A stretch of 64,000 nucleotides of DNA from Camelus dromedarius (lineage: Eukaryota): positions 77,874,001 to 77,938,000 of the forward strand of contig NC_087437.1 in the NCBI RefSeq assembly GCF_036321535.1, in the 5' to 3' direction. The notes beneath the pieces were generated by a model. That model was not told where the DNA came from. It made no database searches and was given only the letters and a program-made list of their open reading frames with translations. This document shows, piece after piece, positions 26,831 through 37,575 of the stretch (its first letter is position 1; the number at the start of each line of letters is the position of its first letter). Made by a program: the position numbers and the translations under genes.

Positions 26831-27976
26831 CAGAGGCTTTCAAATCTCTTCCTTGACCTCAGCTAGTCAACAACTGAAGGGATGTGCAGAAATTAAAATA
26901 CGAAAAGGAAGTGAGTTTTTCTTTCACGAAAACTAAAGAAAAGGTCAAGAGAACAAACAGAAGCCGAAATAACAGGAAGTAAGAGTTTTACTTGCAACCG
27001 TCTACGAGGGGCTAAACATCAAAACTTCAGAAGAAGAAAAATTTCCCCCCAAATCCTCAAGTCTAGCGAAAAATTAACCTGCTGCTCTGTCCAGTGACGG
27101 CGAGCACACATTATGCCCTGTTAGGACCCACTCGCGTCAGCCGCCCAGCAGGTCTAAGGATGACAACGCCAGGGGACGTCCCCAAGGGTGAGGAAAGGGA
27201 TTCCCAGGCGAGATATATTAGTTGTAGGGGTTTTTGCCCTTTTTTTCTTCTGAGACTCGATACAGAACTAGAATTGAGGTTGAATCACAAGTCCTGAACA
27301 ATCCACAACCCCCTCACTAAGGGCTCAAAAACCTGGCTGCGAATTCCAGTCCAGGCTGCGTTCTTTGCCGCCGCCACCCCTACCCTCACCACCCACACAG
27401 ACAATGGGGGAGGGGGCGTCCAAACCAGATCTAAGCTTTAGGAGGTTTTTAAAGGGAGTGATTAAGGTCCTCCCTTTCTCTTCTATCCCTCGCACCCCTC
27501 CTTCACCTCATACCCAGGGGAAGTTACCAGGGGATTTATCAGGAAAAAGTGCGAGTTATTGCCTCTCAGAGCTAAGCGAAAGAAAAACTGCCCAGAGCGC
27601 AGTGACGTGGACTTTGATATTCAGAGACTGGAGGGACTGTCACAGGGCGAGAGCTCGCGCCCAGGAGGGAACCGTAGGGGGAGCCAGACGAATCCTGCCC
27701 GCGGGCCCCTGGAGCCCCGACCCCGGCCGCACCCAAACTTCCGGGAGATTTCAACCAGTGACCCCAGTCGCTGCCCGAACTTGAGCTAACCGGCCGAGCC
27801 CAAACGTGGGACACAGGTGAGGGAACCCAGGGCCAGCTCTGTGCCCGCACCGCCGTCCCCTGATCTCCCCCACGTTTCTGGGCGCACCGCCACGGGGGTG
27901 CAAGGCCCCGGCTGGGGACCTAGGAAACTGCCCCCGTCCCAGGTCGGCCTGGGGCTGCTTCGAGGCCCCTGCTCAC

Positions 27977-28049
27977 CTGGCCTGAGGACTGCAGCGGAGA
28001 TCAAGAGACAGATGACCAGACGGCAGGAGGGGGCCGCCTTCGATGCCAT
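27977..28049 (-). CDS. ALCAM: ALCAM (CD166 antigen) exon 1 coding part, signal peptide MASKAAPSCRLVICLLISAAVLRP + 1 nt (phase 1)
   Basis: Translation closely matches the mammalian ALCAM N-terminus (human MESKGASSCRLLFCLLISATVFRPG). Strong Kozak AACATGG. Similarity ends at the canonical donor CAG|GTGAGC after 73 nt. Confidence 0.95.
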
Positions 28050-28368
28050 GTTCCTCCTCCTTTGGGGCCACCTTCAGAGTCCACGCAACAGGAGGGGGCG
28101 TCGTCCTCGGCCTCGCGCTGCCCGCGCGCTCGCGGGTCGGGACACAGGGGGCAGCGGCTTCTCCCAGACACACCGCCCCCTGGGCTGTGGCGCTGCACCT
28201 TCGGATCTCCGCGGGCCGCAACTTTCCACCGCGCAGTGCCCCAACTCCTCCTGCCTTCCCTTCAACACCCGCCCTTGGCCCCTGTGGCTGCTCCTCCCGG
28301 GACCGGCGACCCTCTCTTCCCGGGAGACACTTGAGTAAAGGTGGACGCTGTTCTTTTTAGCTGGTCTG

Positions 28369-28385
28369 TTATTTTCCTTCTCTTG

Positions 28386-28420
<35 letters not shown>

Positions 28421-28437
28421 GTAGTGTCAGTGTGCAT
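28369..28437 (-). CDS. Putative upstream ORF, 22 aa: MHTDTTIIIIIIIIIIIPREGK
   Basis: Only ATG I found in 28050-28600 on the minus strand. Reads the (ATT)11 repeat in frame and stops at TAA 28371-28369. Weak Kozak (TTTATGC). Translation not demonstrated. Confidence 0.4.
28387..28419. repeat. (AAT)11 / (ATT)11 trinucleotide microsatellite in the ALCAM leader
   Basis: Read directly from sequence. Confidence 0.97.
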
Positions 28438-28514
28438 AAAAAGCCCAGTGCTAGAAAGGAACCGCCGGGGGTGGCGACAGGGGGTGGCGACAGGTCCAGG
28501 CGGTCTCCTCAGGT

Positions 28515-28569
28515 GGCAGCGGCGGCGGCAGCGACAGCAGCGGCAGCGATAGCAGCGGCGCCAGCAGCG
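28515..28569. repeat. Imperfect (GCN)n triplet tract near the ALCAM TSS
   Basis: GGCAGCGGCGGCGGCAGCGACAGCAGCGGCAGCGATAGCAGCGGCGCCAGCAGCG. Confidence 0.85.
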
Positions 28570-29959
28570 GTCTCTGAGCTGCTCTGACTGGAGAGACTGG
28601 AAGGCGTGTGTAAGCTGCCGCTCTCCTCCTCCCCTCGCCTCCTCCCTCTCTCCTCTCTCCTCCCCGCTTCCCAGGACGCAGAGCCAAGCGCAGGTGGTTG
28701 GAGCCGGATCCGCAGCCTAGAGGCGCTGCAAGACCGAGTCGGACACTGAGTCCAGCTCTGGAACTTCGCGGGGGAGATGCGTGCCGGCGTCTCACCGCCC
28801 CAGTGGGCGGGGCCTTCTCGTGGCACCGCCCCAGGGCCACGCCCGCCAATAGGGAGCAGACACTGGAGCAGCGCGCGCCGGCGGGGCCCCCGGTACTGAC
28901 ACTTCCCTGTGGCGTTGCCGTTGCCCTCGTGATACGGCCTCTCAGTTCACTCTGCCCACGCAGCTTAGCCGCGGTTGGAAAAGCCAAATTGCCCTTTTGC
29001 CCCCAGACGCCCATCCGCTGGCTAACTTCTCGGGGGTTTTTTGGCTGTGATACTGCAGCCTCCTTCTATAAAGAGTAGTGGGGCTGGGAGGTGGGGGTAG
29101 GGAGCTTGCCGGGGGCGCGCACTGATCAGGGCAAGAGCGAAGGAGGAAGGAAGGGACTGGAGGAGGTGACAAAGGTGGGAACTTGCCTCCTGGGAGTTAA
29201 CAGGAACAGCTAGCTATTGGTTGGCGAGGGGCAGGTGGGGTATCCACGTACTAGGCTGATTCCCCCCCTACTCCCCCCACAGCCCCTTCTCTCACATACC
29301 TTCTTTTATAGGCAGACCACTTGATTCTACTGCCCAGTACCAAATAGAAAATGTTTACCCTTTCCCTGGGGAAATTAAATCGGAAATTTCTAGATCATAC
29401 TTCGTCACACGGATTTTCCCAGTGTCTACAAAAGCCAGAAACGTGTGTCTCTTTTATTTTGAATTAAGCGGCAATTTTCAGTTACAAACAGTAAATCCTC
29501 AGGTTACGCAGATTAAAAGCCAAGCTCCTCCTTGTCCGTTCCAGAAAGCCAGGCATCCCAGCAGATGGACAGGCTTCTCTGGCAATTTCTAAAGACTGAA
29601 CCACCTCCCAGGCGGAACATCGGGACGCTGTGTCTCTTTCAGATCAGGCGGAGAGCGCGAAGGAGTATTTTCCTCTAGAACACCCGGGTGGAGCTATCGG
29701 AGCCCTAAGTGGCTCTAAATTAGGGACATGGGATCACAACTCTCATCCACCAAGCATAATAAAATCTTGGTCCCAGAACCACTTCGCCAGGGCATTAAAT
29801 AGCCTTCCGTGCATCACAGGGTCACCCCTGTGTGAGGCCAGTTTCCAGCAGAGAATGCCAACTAGTAATCGTCATATACTGTGCTTTCATCAGAAGGCTT
29901 CGAGTCACCAGCTAGATTGGAGTGAGGGACCTGGCAGCAGGAGAAGTAATAAAACAAGG

Positions 29960-30027
29960 GCGCGCGCGCGCGCGCACACACACACACACACACACAGACA
30001 CACACACACACACAGACACACACACAC
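29960..30027. repeat. Compound (CG)7-(CA)n microsatellite
   Basis: G(CG)7 followed by (CA)n with two GA interruptions. Confidence 0.95.
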
Positions 30028-30489
30028 TGGTCTTTGAATTTTTTTATCTTTTCATGCTGGAGACTATTAAGCTCCGTCTTCCGCTGTGGTTTTTTCCGAA
30101 AGCCTGCCAGTCTTGTCCTCCCGGTTCTCCTTACATTACGTTAACAGTATTCTAGGGTAGAGCTCTTATATTTTTCCTCTCAAAATAAGTAGTTTCTCCC
30201 GCTTGATTTTAACGTTAACGTTTCATTTGCATCTTCTGAACCAACAGGAAGGCTAATGCTACAGGCAAATGCCTTTTAATTCAGTATTCCATGAGCTAAA
30301 TTTGGCTGAATTGCTAGCATTCCTATGGGATTCTGTAGAATTCCTTTAGGGAATTGTTTTTCTTTTAACAGTGGCTCTAAGTAGCTTGTATTTGAACCAA
30401 TCATCCTAACTATGTATTTAACCTGGACCCCCCCCCCCCCACTAACTCTGTCTATCTGATCCCTTTTATTTTGGGGTAGGAGTTAACAC

Positions 30490-30680
30490 AGCATGATTGT
30501 TAAAAAGTAGAGCTGCAAAAGGTACACTCTGATTTTGGGCTTTGATATTTACCAGCTGTGTAATTTTGGTGAACTCAACATAAGGCTCAGTTTCCTTACT
30601 TGTAAAAGTGGTAACAATAGTGCCAGCCTCCTGAGATTTCTGTGAGGATTAAACAAGATCACACAAATAACTGGCTAGAT
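30490..30680 (+). mobile_element. MIR SINE
   Basis: TTTACCAGCTGTGTAATTTTGG...CTCAGTTTCCTTACTTGTAAAAGTGG...TGTGAGGATTAAA. Confidence 0.7.
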
Positions 30681-31214
30681 ACAGTAGAAGGAGCTTGGGC
30701 TTTGGGGAGTAATCAGAGTCTAGTTAAAAATCTCTGCTCTGCATTCAGCAGGTGACCTTGAGCAAAACTCAGTCTCTTATAATCAAAGTGTGGTAATCCA
30801 TCACAGTACCACCTTCAAAGATGTGCAGCTAAATTGAAATGATATACATTCTATGAATTAAGTATATTATACATCCACATATTTAGGACAAATATGATTG
30901 TATGTAAGTTGCTTCCAGAATTCCTTTTAGAGAGGAATTGGTCCTTGTACGAGAAAATGCCTTAAAAAGACACTAGGAGCAGTAACTCCAAAAGCCACTA
31001 GTGACATATAGGTAGACCACAAAAGTGATGGTGCAACTACTCTGTAATAAACAATATAATAAAAATAAAATGAAGAATTACAAAATAACAGAAATAAGAA
31101 TGAAGAGAGGGATGCTGAGAAAAGAAGGGACAAGGACTAAGCAATACAATTATGAGTTTAGAAATGGTGGAAACCCTTCAAATAGCTTATAAATAATCAG
31201 TTACAGTTATTGGA

Positions 31215-31375
31215 CAGTTACTAGAAATTAGGTTATTCTAAGCAATTTATATGAATTAATGGAATAATTTCCCCTCAAAAGAACCCTCTGAGGTAGATGC
31301 TATTATCATCTTCATTCTACTCATGAAGAAACTGAAGCCCAGAGACATGAAGTAAATTTCCCAAGGTCACACAGT
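31215..31375 (-). mobile_element. MIR SINE
   Basis: ATGAAGAAACTGAAGCCCAGAGA...AAGTAAATTTCCCAAGGTCACACAG. Confidence 0.7.
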
Positions 31376-32606
31376 GATTCATAGTGATAGTAAAAAGTAA
31401 TGCCTTCTACTTAAAGCACTTTGATGTTAGAGCTTCATTTCTATCACTATCCATTTTGCTAATCAGAAATATCTAACAGTAAATTTATGACTTTCCTTTT
31501 GGTTGGGAGGGGTTTGATTTAAACATAAATTCCTTTATCTTTCCCAAACTTTAATAAAGCCCCACTTCTCAAATACATTTTCCTTGAGGAGATTAATAAG
31601 GCAGTGCACCCTATCTGCATGAGCCAGGTTCAGTGCATGTGAAATGATGACAAGAACATTTCTAGACTGAAATAATTTAGAGTAAGAGCTCAGAGTCAGA
31701 AATCATCTTGAGGTGTAAACTCCACAAAACAATGTAGTTGAGAGAGTATTTGTCTTTCAAAATCTAGGGAATGGGAGATTGGATTCACCTTACCTGGTTC
31801 TTAACTGGAGGATATTTTCTAGCTGCATCCGGATCACAATCGCTTTTCTTACAACTGAGAATACATAGTATTCCAATGATATTTACCAGTTTAGTCATGC
31901 ATCAGAGCATCATAATGAGTGCTTCTTATTGCAAGAAATAAAATGAATAATGTTCAACCAGAGAAAAACATATTTCTTGTTACCTGAAACATGAGAAGTG
32001 TTTTGCATTTCCAATATAAAAGAATTCACCATCAATCAGGACAGTATTCTCAAAGTAGTGACATAGCACAGCAGGCAACTTCCCTACTTAGAAACTGTTG
32101 AAATCAGAACTCAGGACCCCAGAGGCTCAGGCTGGGAACCTTTGCCCTATCTGTACTAACCCATCAGTATGTGAAAACAGGTGAGGCAGATGAGGCATTT
32201 GAAGAGTTGAGGTGATTTTTTCTTCTGATTAGTGGAAACAATTTCCCACTGGAGATGAAATTTCCCAAAGATGGTTTTGGAGGCTGGTGACATTTGTTCT
32301 TTACCACCTTTATCATAGTATTTTCTGTGCCTCCCTAGTTTTTGAACAAAATGTGTATGCAATTCAAGAGCAGGCAACGAATCTGATTCACTTTCTTCCC
32401 CTCTTCCCCACCCCCCCCCATGGATGATTACACATTTCTAGCCAATACTTTTGTAAATACACTGGTTACTCTATAAGTATTTATGTATGAATGATAAGGT
32501 GTGAGAAAGAGTTCTTCTTTATAAAACATAGATCTCGAAACATAACAGGGAGAGTGAAATAAGGAGATGAAATGTGTTTCCACTGGGTCTTCAGTGATTG
32601 GACTGG

Positions 32607-33158
32607 TGTGATTCTGGTATCAATTCCAGCGTGTGGGTTTTTTCTCACACCACCAAGCACTTCTTGGACACCAGCTGGATGTTCACAATTAAACTCAGTT
32701 TTGACAGTATCTACCTGGTGATAGCATCAACCAGATGGAAGAGAAACACAGGGGAAGGAGAATACACACACTCTCCCCAAATTGCCACGTGTTCACCAAC
32801 CTGGAAGCTCTTGGGATCCAGTCCTTTCAGGTTTTAATGGAGACTTCATTATGTAGACATTGCTGATTACATTCTTGGCCACTGGTGATTGAACTCAGTT
32901 TCTAGCCCCTCTCCCCTCCCAGGAGGTCCAGAAATGGGACTAAAAGTTTCACCCACTAATCACACAGTTGGATTTCCTGGCAACCAGGCCTCATCCTTAG
33001 GTGACCTAGGGGCTTTCCAAAAGTCACCGCACTAACATAACAAAAGATATTTTTATCACTCTCCTTACTTAGGAAATTCCAAAGGTTTTAGGAGCTCTGT
33101 GTCAGGAATGAAGTCAAAATCAGATATTATATTTCTTAGTATAACTTACAATATCACA
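32607..33158 (-). mobile_element. MER21-like solo LTR
   Basis: Minus strand begins TGTGATATTGTAAGTTATACTAAGAAATAT...CCTGACACAGAGCTCCTAAAACCTTTGGAATTTCCTAAGT (recalled MER21-group start). TG...CA termini. Near-TSD ACTGG (32602-32606) / ACTAG (33159-33163). Confidence 0.75.
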
Positions 33159-34569
33159 ACTAGTCTGACTAAAGTTTAGGAAAGGCAAATAGAATGAGTC
33201 AAGTCCTAGTCACTACAGTGAAAACTTTCAAATATAAACTGAGGAAACAATCTACAGAACAAGAGAGTGAAAAAATCCATTTGCCAGATCAATGAGAATA
33301 AAAGAAAAAGAGCCATGCTGAGAATAGAAGCCTGACTAGTAAAGGTTTTGAGTGACCGGGCAGGGGACAGTAAGGGCCTTGCCTAGTGCACTGATGAAAA
33401 AAATCGAAATTAAGGGCTAAGTGGCATTTATATTAAGTCTAGGAATATATAACTATTTTCAAAAGGCACAAGGATTACACAGGTATAGATAACAGATGTG
33501 TTTTATTTCTGGACCCTAAGGTTTTTAAGTCAATGATTCCTAGAATGACTCTAGATATGGACTGGAGGGCAGATGCTCCCAAGAAATATTCCCTTGAATT
33601 TTATTGTTGAAATTAAATTGTTAGTAATAATATCAGTTATCACTTCAACAAGATTTTGCAGCTCACATCTTCAACAGCATTGGCTAATAAAGCCATATGA
33701 CTGGAGCTCAGGAGGGCAGAAACTTTCAAAGCTTATGGTAAACATTATGTTCTTATTTCAGACTGTAGCGCGCTCAATGTCTGGGTACAAAGAGAAATTC
33801 ATAGCTATTTCAGTCAAAGTAGAAATCCACTTAGTCATTTTCCTTCCTGTCTTAGACATGAGAAATGGAGAATGAATCTGGCTAAGCTCTTTTACTATGA
33901 AATCTACACCCTAACTATAAAATAGATGCCAAAAACTCTCAGTGTATTAAACACTCAAAATTCATCAGTGATTTCAGTAGGTACATTAAATGTACTCAAA
34001 AATTATAACAGTCTGGGTTCACCCTGCAACTTGAGAGTTCCTTTTCAGAGATCTCTATGTGTTTTCAACTTTTAACAGTTATTTCAGTTTTCAGTAAGCA
34101 GAAAATGACTCACTGTGGTTATTCAAATGTTTGATACCTTAAAGGAAATTGCAACTTGATTACATCTCAAGAAGTTCTCCAGAGTTCTCTCTACTTGTTT
34201 TGTCATGTATCTGCTAGCCATTATGATCTATGATACTTTCATTCAGGAGTTTGAGGTGGATATATAGTGACTGTAGAAATATGAAAACAATGCATATTTG
34301 ATTTTCTAAAACAAACAAATCATCATGGATTTAATGGACTTCTGAAAGCCAAATTAATAAAATACTAACTAGGCCCAGGCTATCTATACTCTTTCTCCTT
34401 AAAATAAGTAAGATAGTTGAATTTACAGGAAAGTATTAAGAAGAAATTCTTGCATAAATGTATAACCCCTAAAGAGTGATATTAATTAGCAAAAAGAAAA
34501 AAAGATTAATAACACTGAATGAAGTCTCATTGATTATGTAATATACAAAAGAATCTTAGAATTTTAATG

Positions 34570-34764
34570 TTTCCCAGAGCTTGTAAGTAATGTAAATGAA
34601 AAGTTTTCAATCTTTATTGAAATACAAAACTTTTTCTTCTAATGTAGCCTTACTCTAAAGTCCAATTTCCCAGAGCTTGTAAGTAATGTAAATGAAAAGT
34701 TTTCAATCTTTATTGAAATACAAAACTTTTTCTTCTAATGTAGCCTTACTCTAAAGTCCAATTT
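34570..34764. repeat. Perfect 96-bp tandem duplication
   Basis: 34570-34665 is identical to 34666-34761, followed by TTT matching the unit start. Confidence 0.97.
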
Positions 34765-34774
34765 GCTACTTCCC

Positions 34775-35250
34775 CTTTGTCTGACCCATTCAAACCACAG
34801 CAGTCTCCTCACTATTCCTAAATATACCTTCCATATTCCCACATCAGGGCCTTTCCGCTTGTTGTCTCTAATCCTTAGAACTCGTTTCCCCAGTTACTAG
34901 TGTAGCTTACTACATCACCTCTTTCAAGGTATTTGTTCAAATATTACCTTCTCATCAAAGCTTTCCATGAACAACTGTTTAAAATTTCAACCCCTAACCC
35001 CAGCCCTCCTTATCTCCCTTTCCTTCTACAGTCTTTTCTCCATCAACTCTATCACTATATAACATAATAGATATTTAACTTAAGTATCTTGGATATGGTC
35101 TGCCCCCCTCGACTAGATTGAAAGCTCAATGAGGGCAGAAACGTGTGTCTGTTTTATTCTTTACTATCTGCCTAGAATAGACAGACACATTAGTAGTCAC
35201 ACCATGCTAGTTGATGAATGAGTTCATCAATTCATGAATACTTGAATGAA
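34775..35250 (+). mobile_element. LINE-2 3' end
   Basis: TCAGGGCCTTT..., CTAGATTGAAAGCTCAATGAGGGCAGAAAC, GCCTAGAATAG, terminal TGAATGA repeats. Confidence 0.75.
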
Positions 35251-37049
35251 TAATATATTATTTTGTAAGGTAATTAATAAACTGATGCAAGTAGGGCTCT
35301 TTTGGCTGAAGTTTGATATGCAGCCTGAAGGTTTCACTTCCTCCTTTAGACACTTTAAAGCTTTTCAGCATTCAGCACCAGTCTAGCTATATCATATGAC
35401 AGATGAGGTAATTGAGGTCCCAGGACCCAGAAGACTTAACCAACATTTACACAGGTATGGGTACCACTCTTGCTTAAATGCAAATGGACCACTTTCTGGT
35501 AGAGTAAATAAACAAGATACTCTGTAATGTTTTAGTCAAATTCTCATAATAATAATAAGAAGAAAAAATTGGATGCATATTAGACATTATTAATCAATAT
35601 TTAAATACAGTGTATTTATCCAGACTCTTTTCAGAACAAACATTCTTAATAATGTTCTGCATCACATTTCACTAAGGCATGATTATGGATGCAGTATCAA
35701 TATTGCAAAGTCTGCAGAGGTGGTTCAGTACTCAAGATTTTAAGCCTCAGTGTTCTTTATGCTTTGTTCTTTACAGGGTGGATTTGGCAAAATTATAATT
35801 CAAAGCAATTCCACAAACATAGATGATTCATAACCTGTTCAGCTAACAGCGCTATAGGACAAATATTTGATTTAATTTAATGTCCAGCATTTTAACATTA
35901 CACGGAGGTGTTTAATGTGTTTACTTTTCTTTGTAAGGGCAAAAAATTCACTTAGTAATTGTAACCTCAAGGTGAAAAGCTTATGAGAAAATACAGTACG
36001 TTTTAAAAGAGCTATATAAGCCAGTGCATAAAAAGATTTATTAGCATGTACATACTTTCAGTGAAATCACCAGAATCTGTGATGGGTTCTAGCTGGCAGG
36101 GAGGTAGGTTAAATGATGTTTGGCTATTGCTTCTAGTTTTGAAATTCGGTTAAAACTAGTTAATTGATACATTTCTACAGGAAAATGATTTGCCTTTTTA
36201 TGGAGAATGACAACCAGGTTATAGAGTGATGCACACTGTCCAAGACTGCTTAACACATCAAGTGAGAAGAGAGTCCCCAAAGAGCAGAACTCTCCATTAT
36301 TTTTCCTAGACTCAAGGATATTTCAAAAGACAGCAAGGGCCATGGTTATTTCTCAGATTTTTTTCAGGGCTGAGTCAAATCTTGAGTTCAGGATTAAACA
36401 AACTCTAAATTCAACCTTTAAAGGCAAAGGCATGTCAAGGGCACCTTGAAGTGTGAATAGCGGGGGAATCATACTCATTTAGCCTGACTGAGAAGAAGAG
36501 CCTGGGTTACTCCACACCAGTAACTGAATCATCTCACTTCTGCCCTCATACCATCTTCAACTTCTGGGATCTTCCCAGAGAGTCTAAGAAAAATTCCCAA
36601 ATTACTCTATCTTGAGATGATTTTCCACCATCCGCTTGAATTCCTGCCATGAAATCTAAAATGTGAAGACTATTTTTCTAGTGCTGATTTGTCTTCTCCT
36701 TTCTTTGCTTCCCAACTTAGCACCTTGTCTTTGGCTTCTTCTGTGAAGGCTCAGTGTTTCCAGTCAAATAATAAAGCCATGACAATTTATGAAAGAAGGA
36801 ATGAATGTACTGTGGTCTGTGTGCCAATGAAAGAGATGTTTCAAGAGCGATGAGTTACCGGTCAGAAAAACAAAATAACAATATGTCAGCATATCTTAGA
36901 ATATAGGCTAAAAGGGAATTTATTTCTTGGTATTTCCCCCATCTGCTTTTTTTTTTTTGTTTTTAGGCTGGGAGACATTATTTTCATAATCCTAGTCAAC
37001 CAGCAAGAGTTTGTCATCACATAGGGGAAATTTTTACTAAGGTTTAGTA

Positions 37050-37575
37050 ATGGTCAGGATACTTTCAACTGAAAGTGACAAAAACCCAGTCCAAATAGCT
37101 TAATCAAAAAAAAAAAAAAAAAAAAAAAGAGGGGGGACTCACGGGTTTAAGTGACTGGGAATCCCCAAAGAGTGTCTATTTTTCAGTATGGCATCATTGA
37201 AACAATTGAGCAAAGTCATCAAGGTGCTTTGTCCTTTCCTCATACTTCAGCTCTGCATGCCTTTGCCTGTCTCTGACTGTTTTCTCGATTTTCTCTGCTG
37301 CAGAACAGCTCCCTCCCTGCTGAAAAGATCTTTACCTCAGACCTAAGCCTATATTCACAGAGACGGAAATCCTAAAGGGAGAGATATACTCCCACTCTTG
37401 GGAAAGTTTGATTGGCTTTGCCCATCTCCTGAATAATTTCTGTGAATAAGAAGATCCAGGACCACAACTGGCCAGGCCAGAGTCGTTTGCCCCACCTGCA
37501 TCCAGAGGGCAGGTGGGCATCATACTTTTCAGTACCTCAGAATCGCAGGGATGTGGGCCATTCCCCAAGGAGCAA
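37050..37575 (-). mobile_element. Old MLT1 solo LTR containing an A23 run (37106-37128)
   Basis: GTCAGGATACTTTCAACTGAAAGTGACAAAAACCCAGTCCAAATAGCTTAA resembles the reverse complement of an MLT1 3' end. Confidence 0.55.

Larger units (their letters stand above)
1..27976 (-). other. ALCAM: ALCAM intron 1 (proximal part; continues beyond the window start)
   Basis: GT donor at 27976-27975 follows exon 1. No translation resembling the expected continuation (LGWYTVNSAYG...) appears in the ORF track. AT-rich and repeat-laden; ALCAM intron 1 is known to be very long in mammals. Confidence 0.88.
28050..28600 (-). other. ALCAM: ALCAM 5' UTR (upstream boundary approximate)
   Basis: GC-rich leader between the ATG and Inr-like CCAGTC motifs near 28585-28600. 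The TSS cannot be fixed from sequence alone. Confidence 0.6.
27550..29130 (-). promoter_or_regulatory. ALCAM: ALCAM promoter / exon 1 CpG island
   Basis: Dense CpG. GC box GGGCGGGG at 28805-28812, CCAAT at 28846-28850, ETS-like CACTTCC near 28880, polypurine/polypyrimidine tract 28621-28663. Overlaps exon 1. Confidence 0.88.

Noticed and set aside
1..27976. Additional ALCAM exons or recursive (AG|GT) splice sites in intron 1
   Set aside because: No Ig-domain-like translation in the ORF track. The AG|GT junctions I noticed (near 6680 and 21967) have weak pyrimidine tracts or donors. The scan was by eye and not exhaustive.
25737..29172. Many 60-187 aa ORFs on both strands around ALCAM exon 1
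   Set aside because: Overlapping Pro/Arg/Gly/Ala-rich frames typical of stop-poor CpG islands, with no recognisable domain. The 87-aa ORF at 27786-28049 is real only up to the donor at 27977.
30428..30440. C13 homopolymer
   Set aside because: Simple mononucleotide run with no supporting context.
34570..34764. CRISPR-like or other spacer-repeat array
   Set aside because: Two abutting copies with no spacers in mammalian DNA. I saw no repeat-spacer array anywhere in the window.
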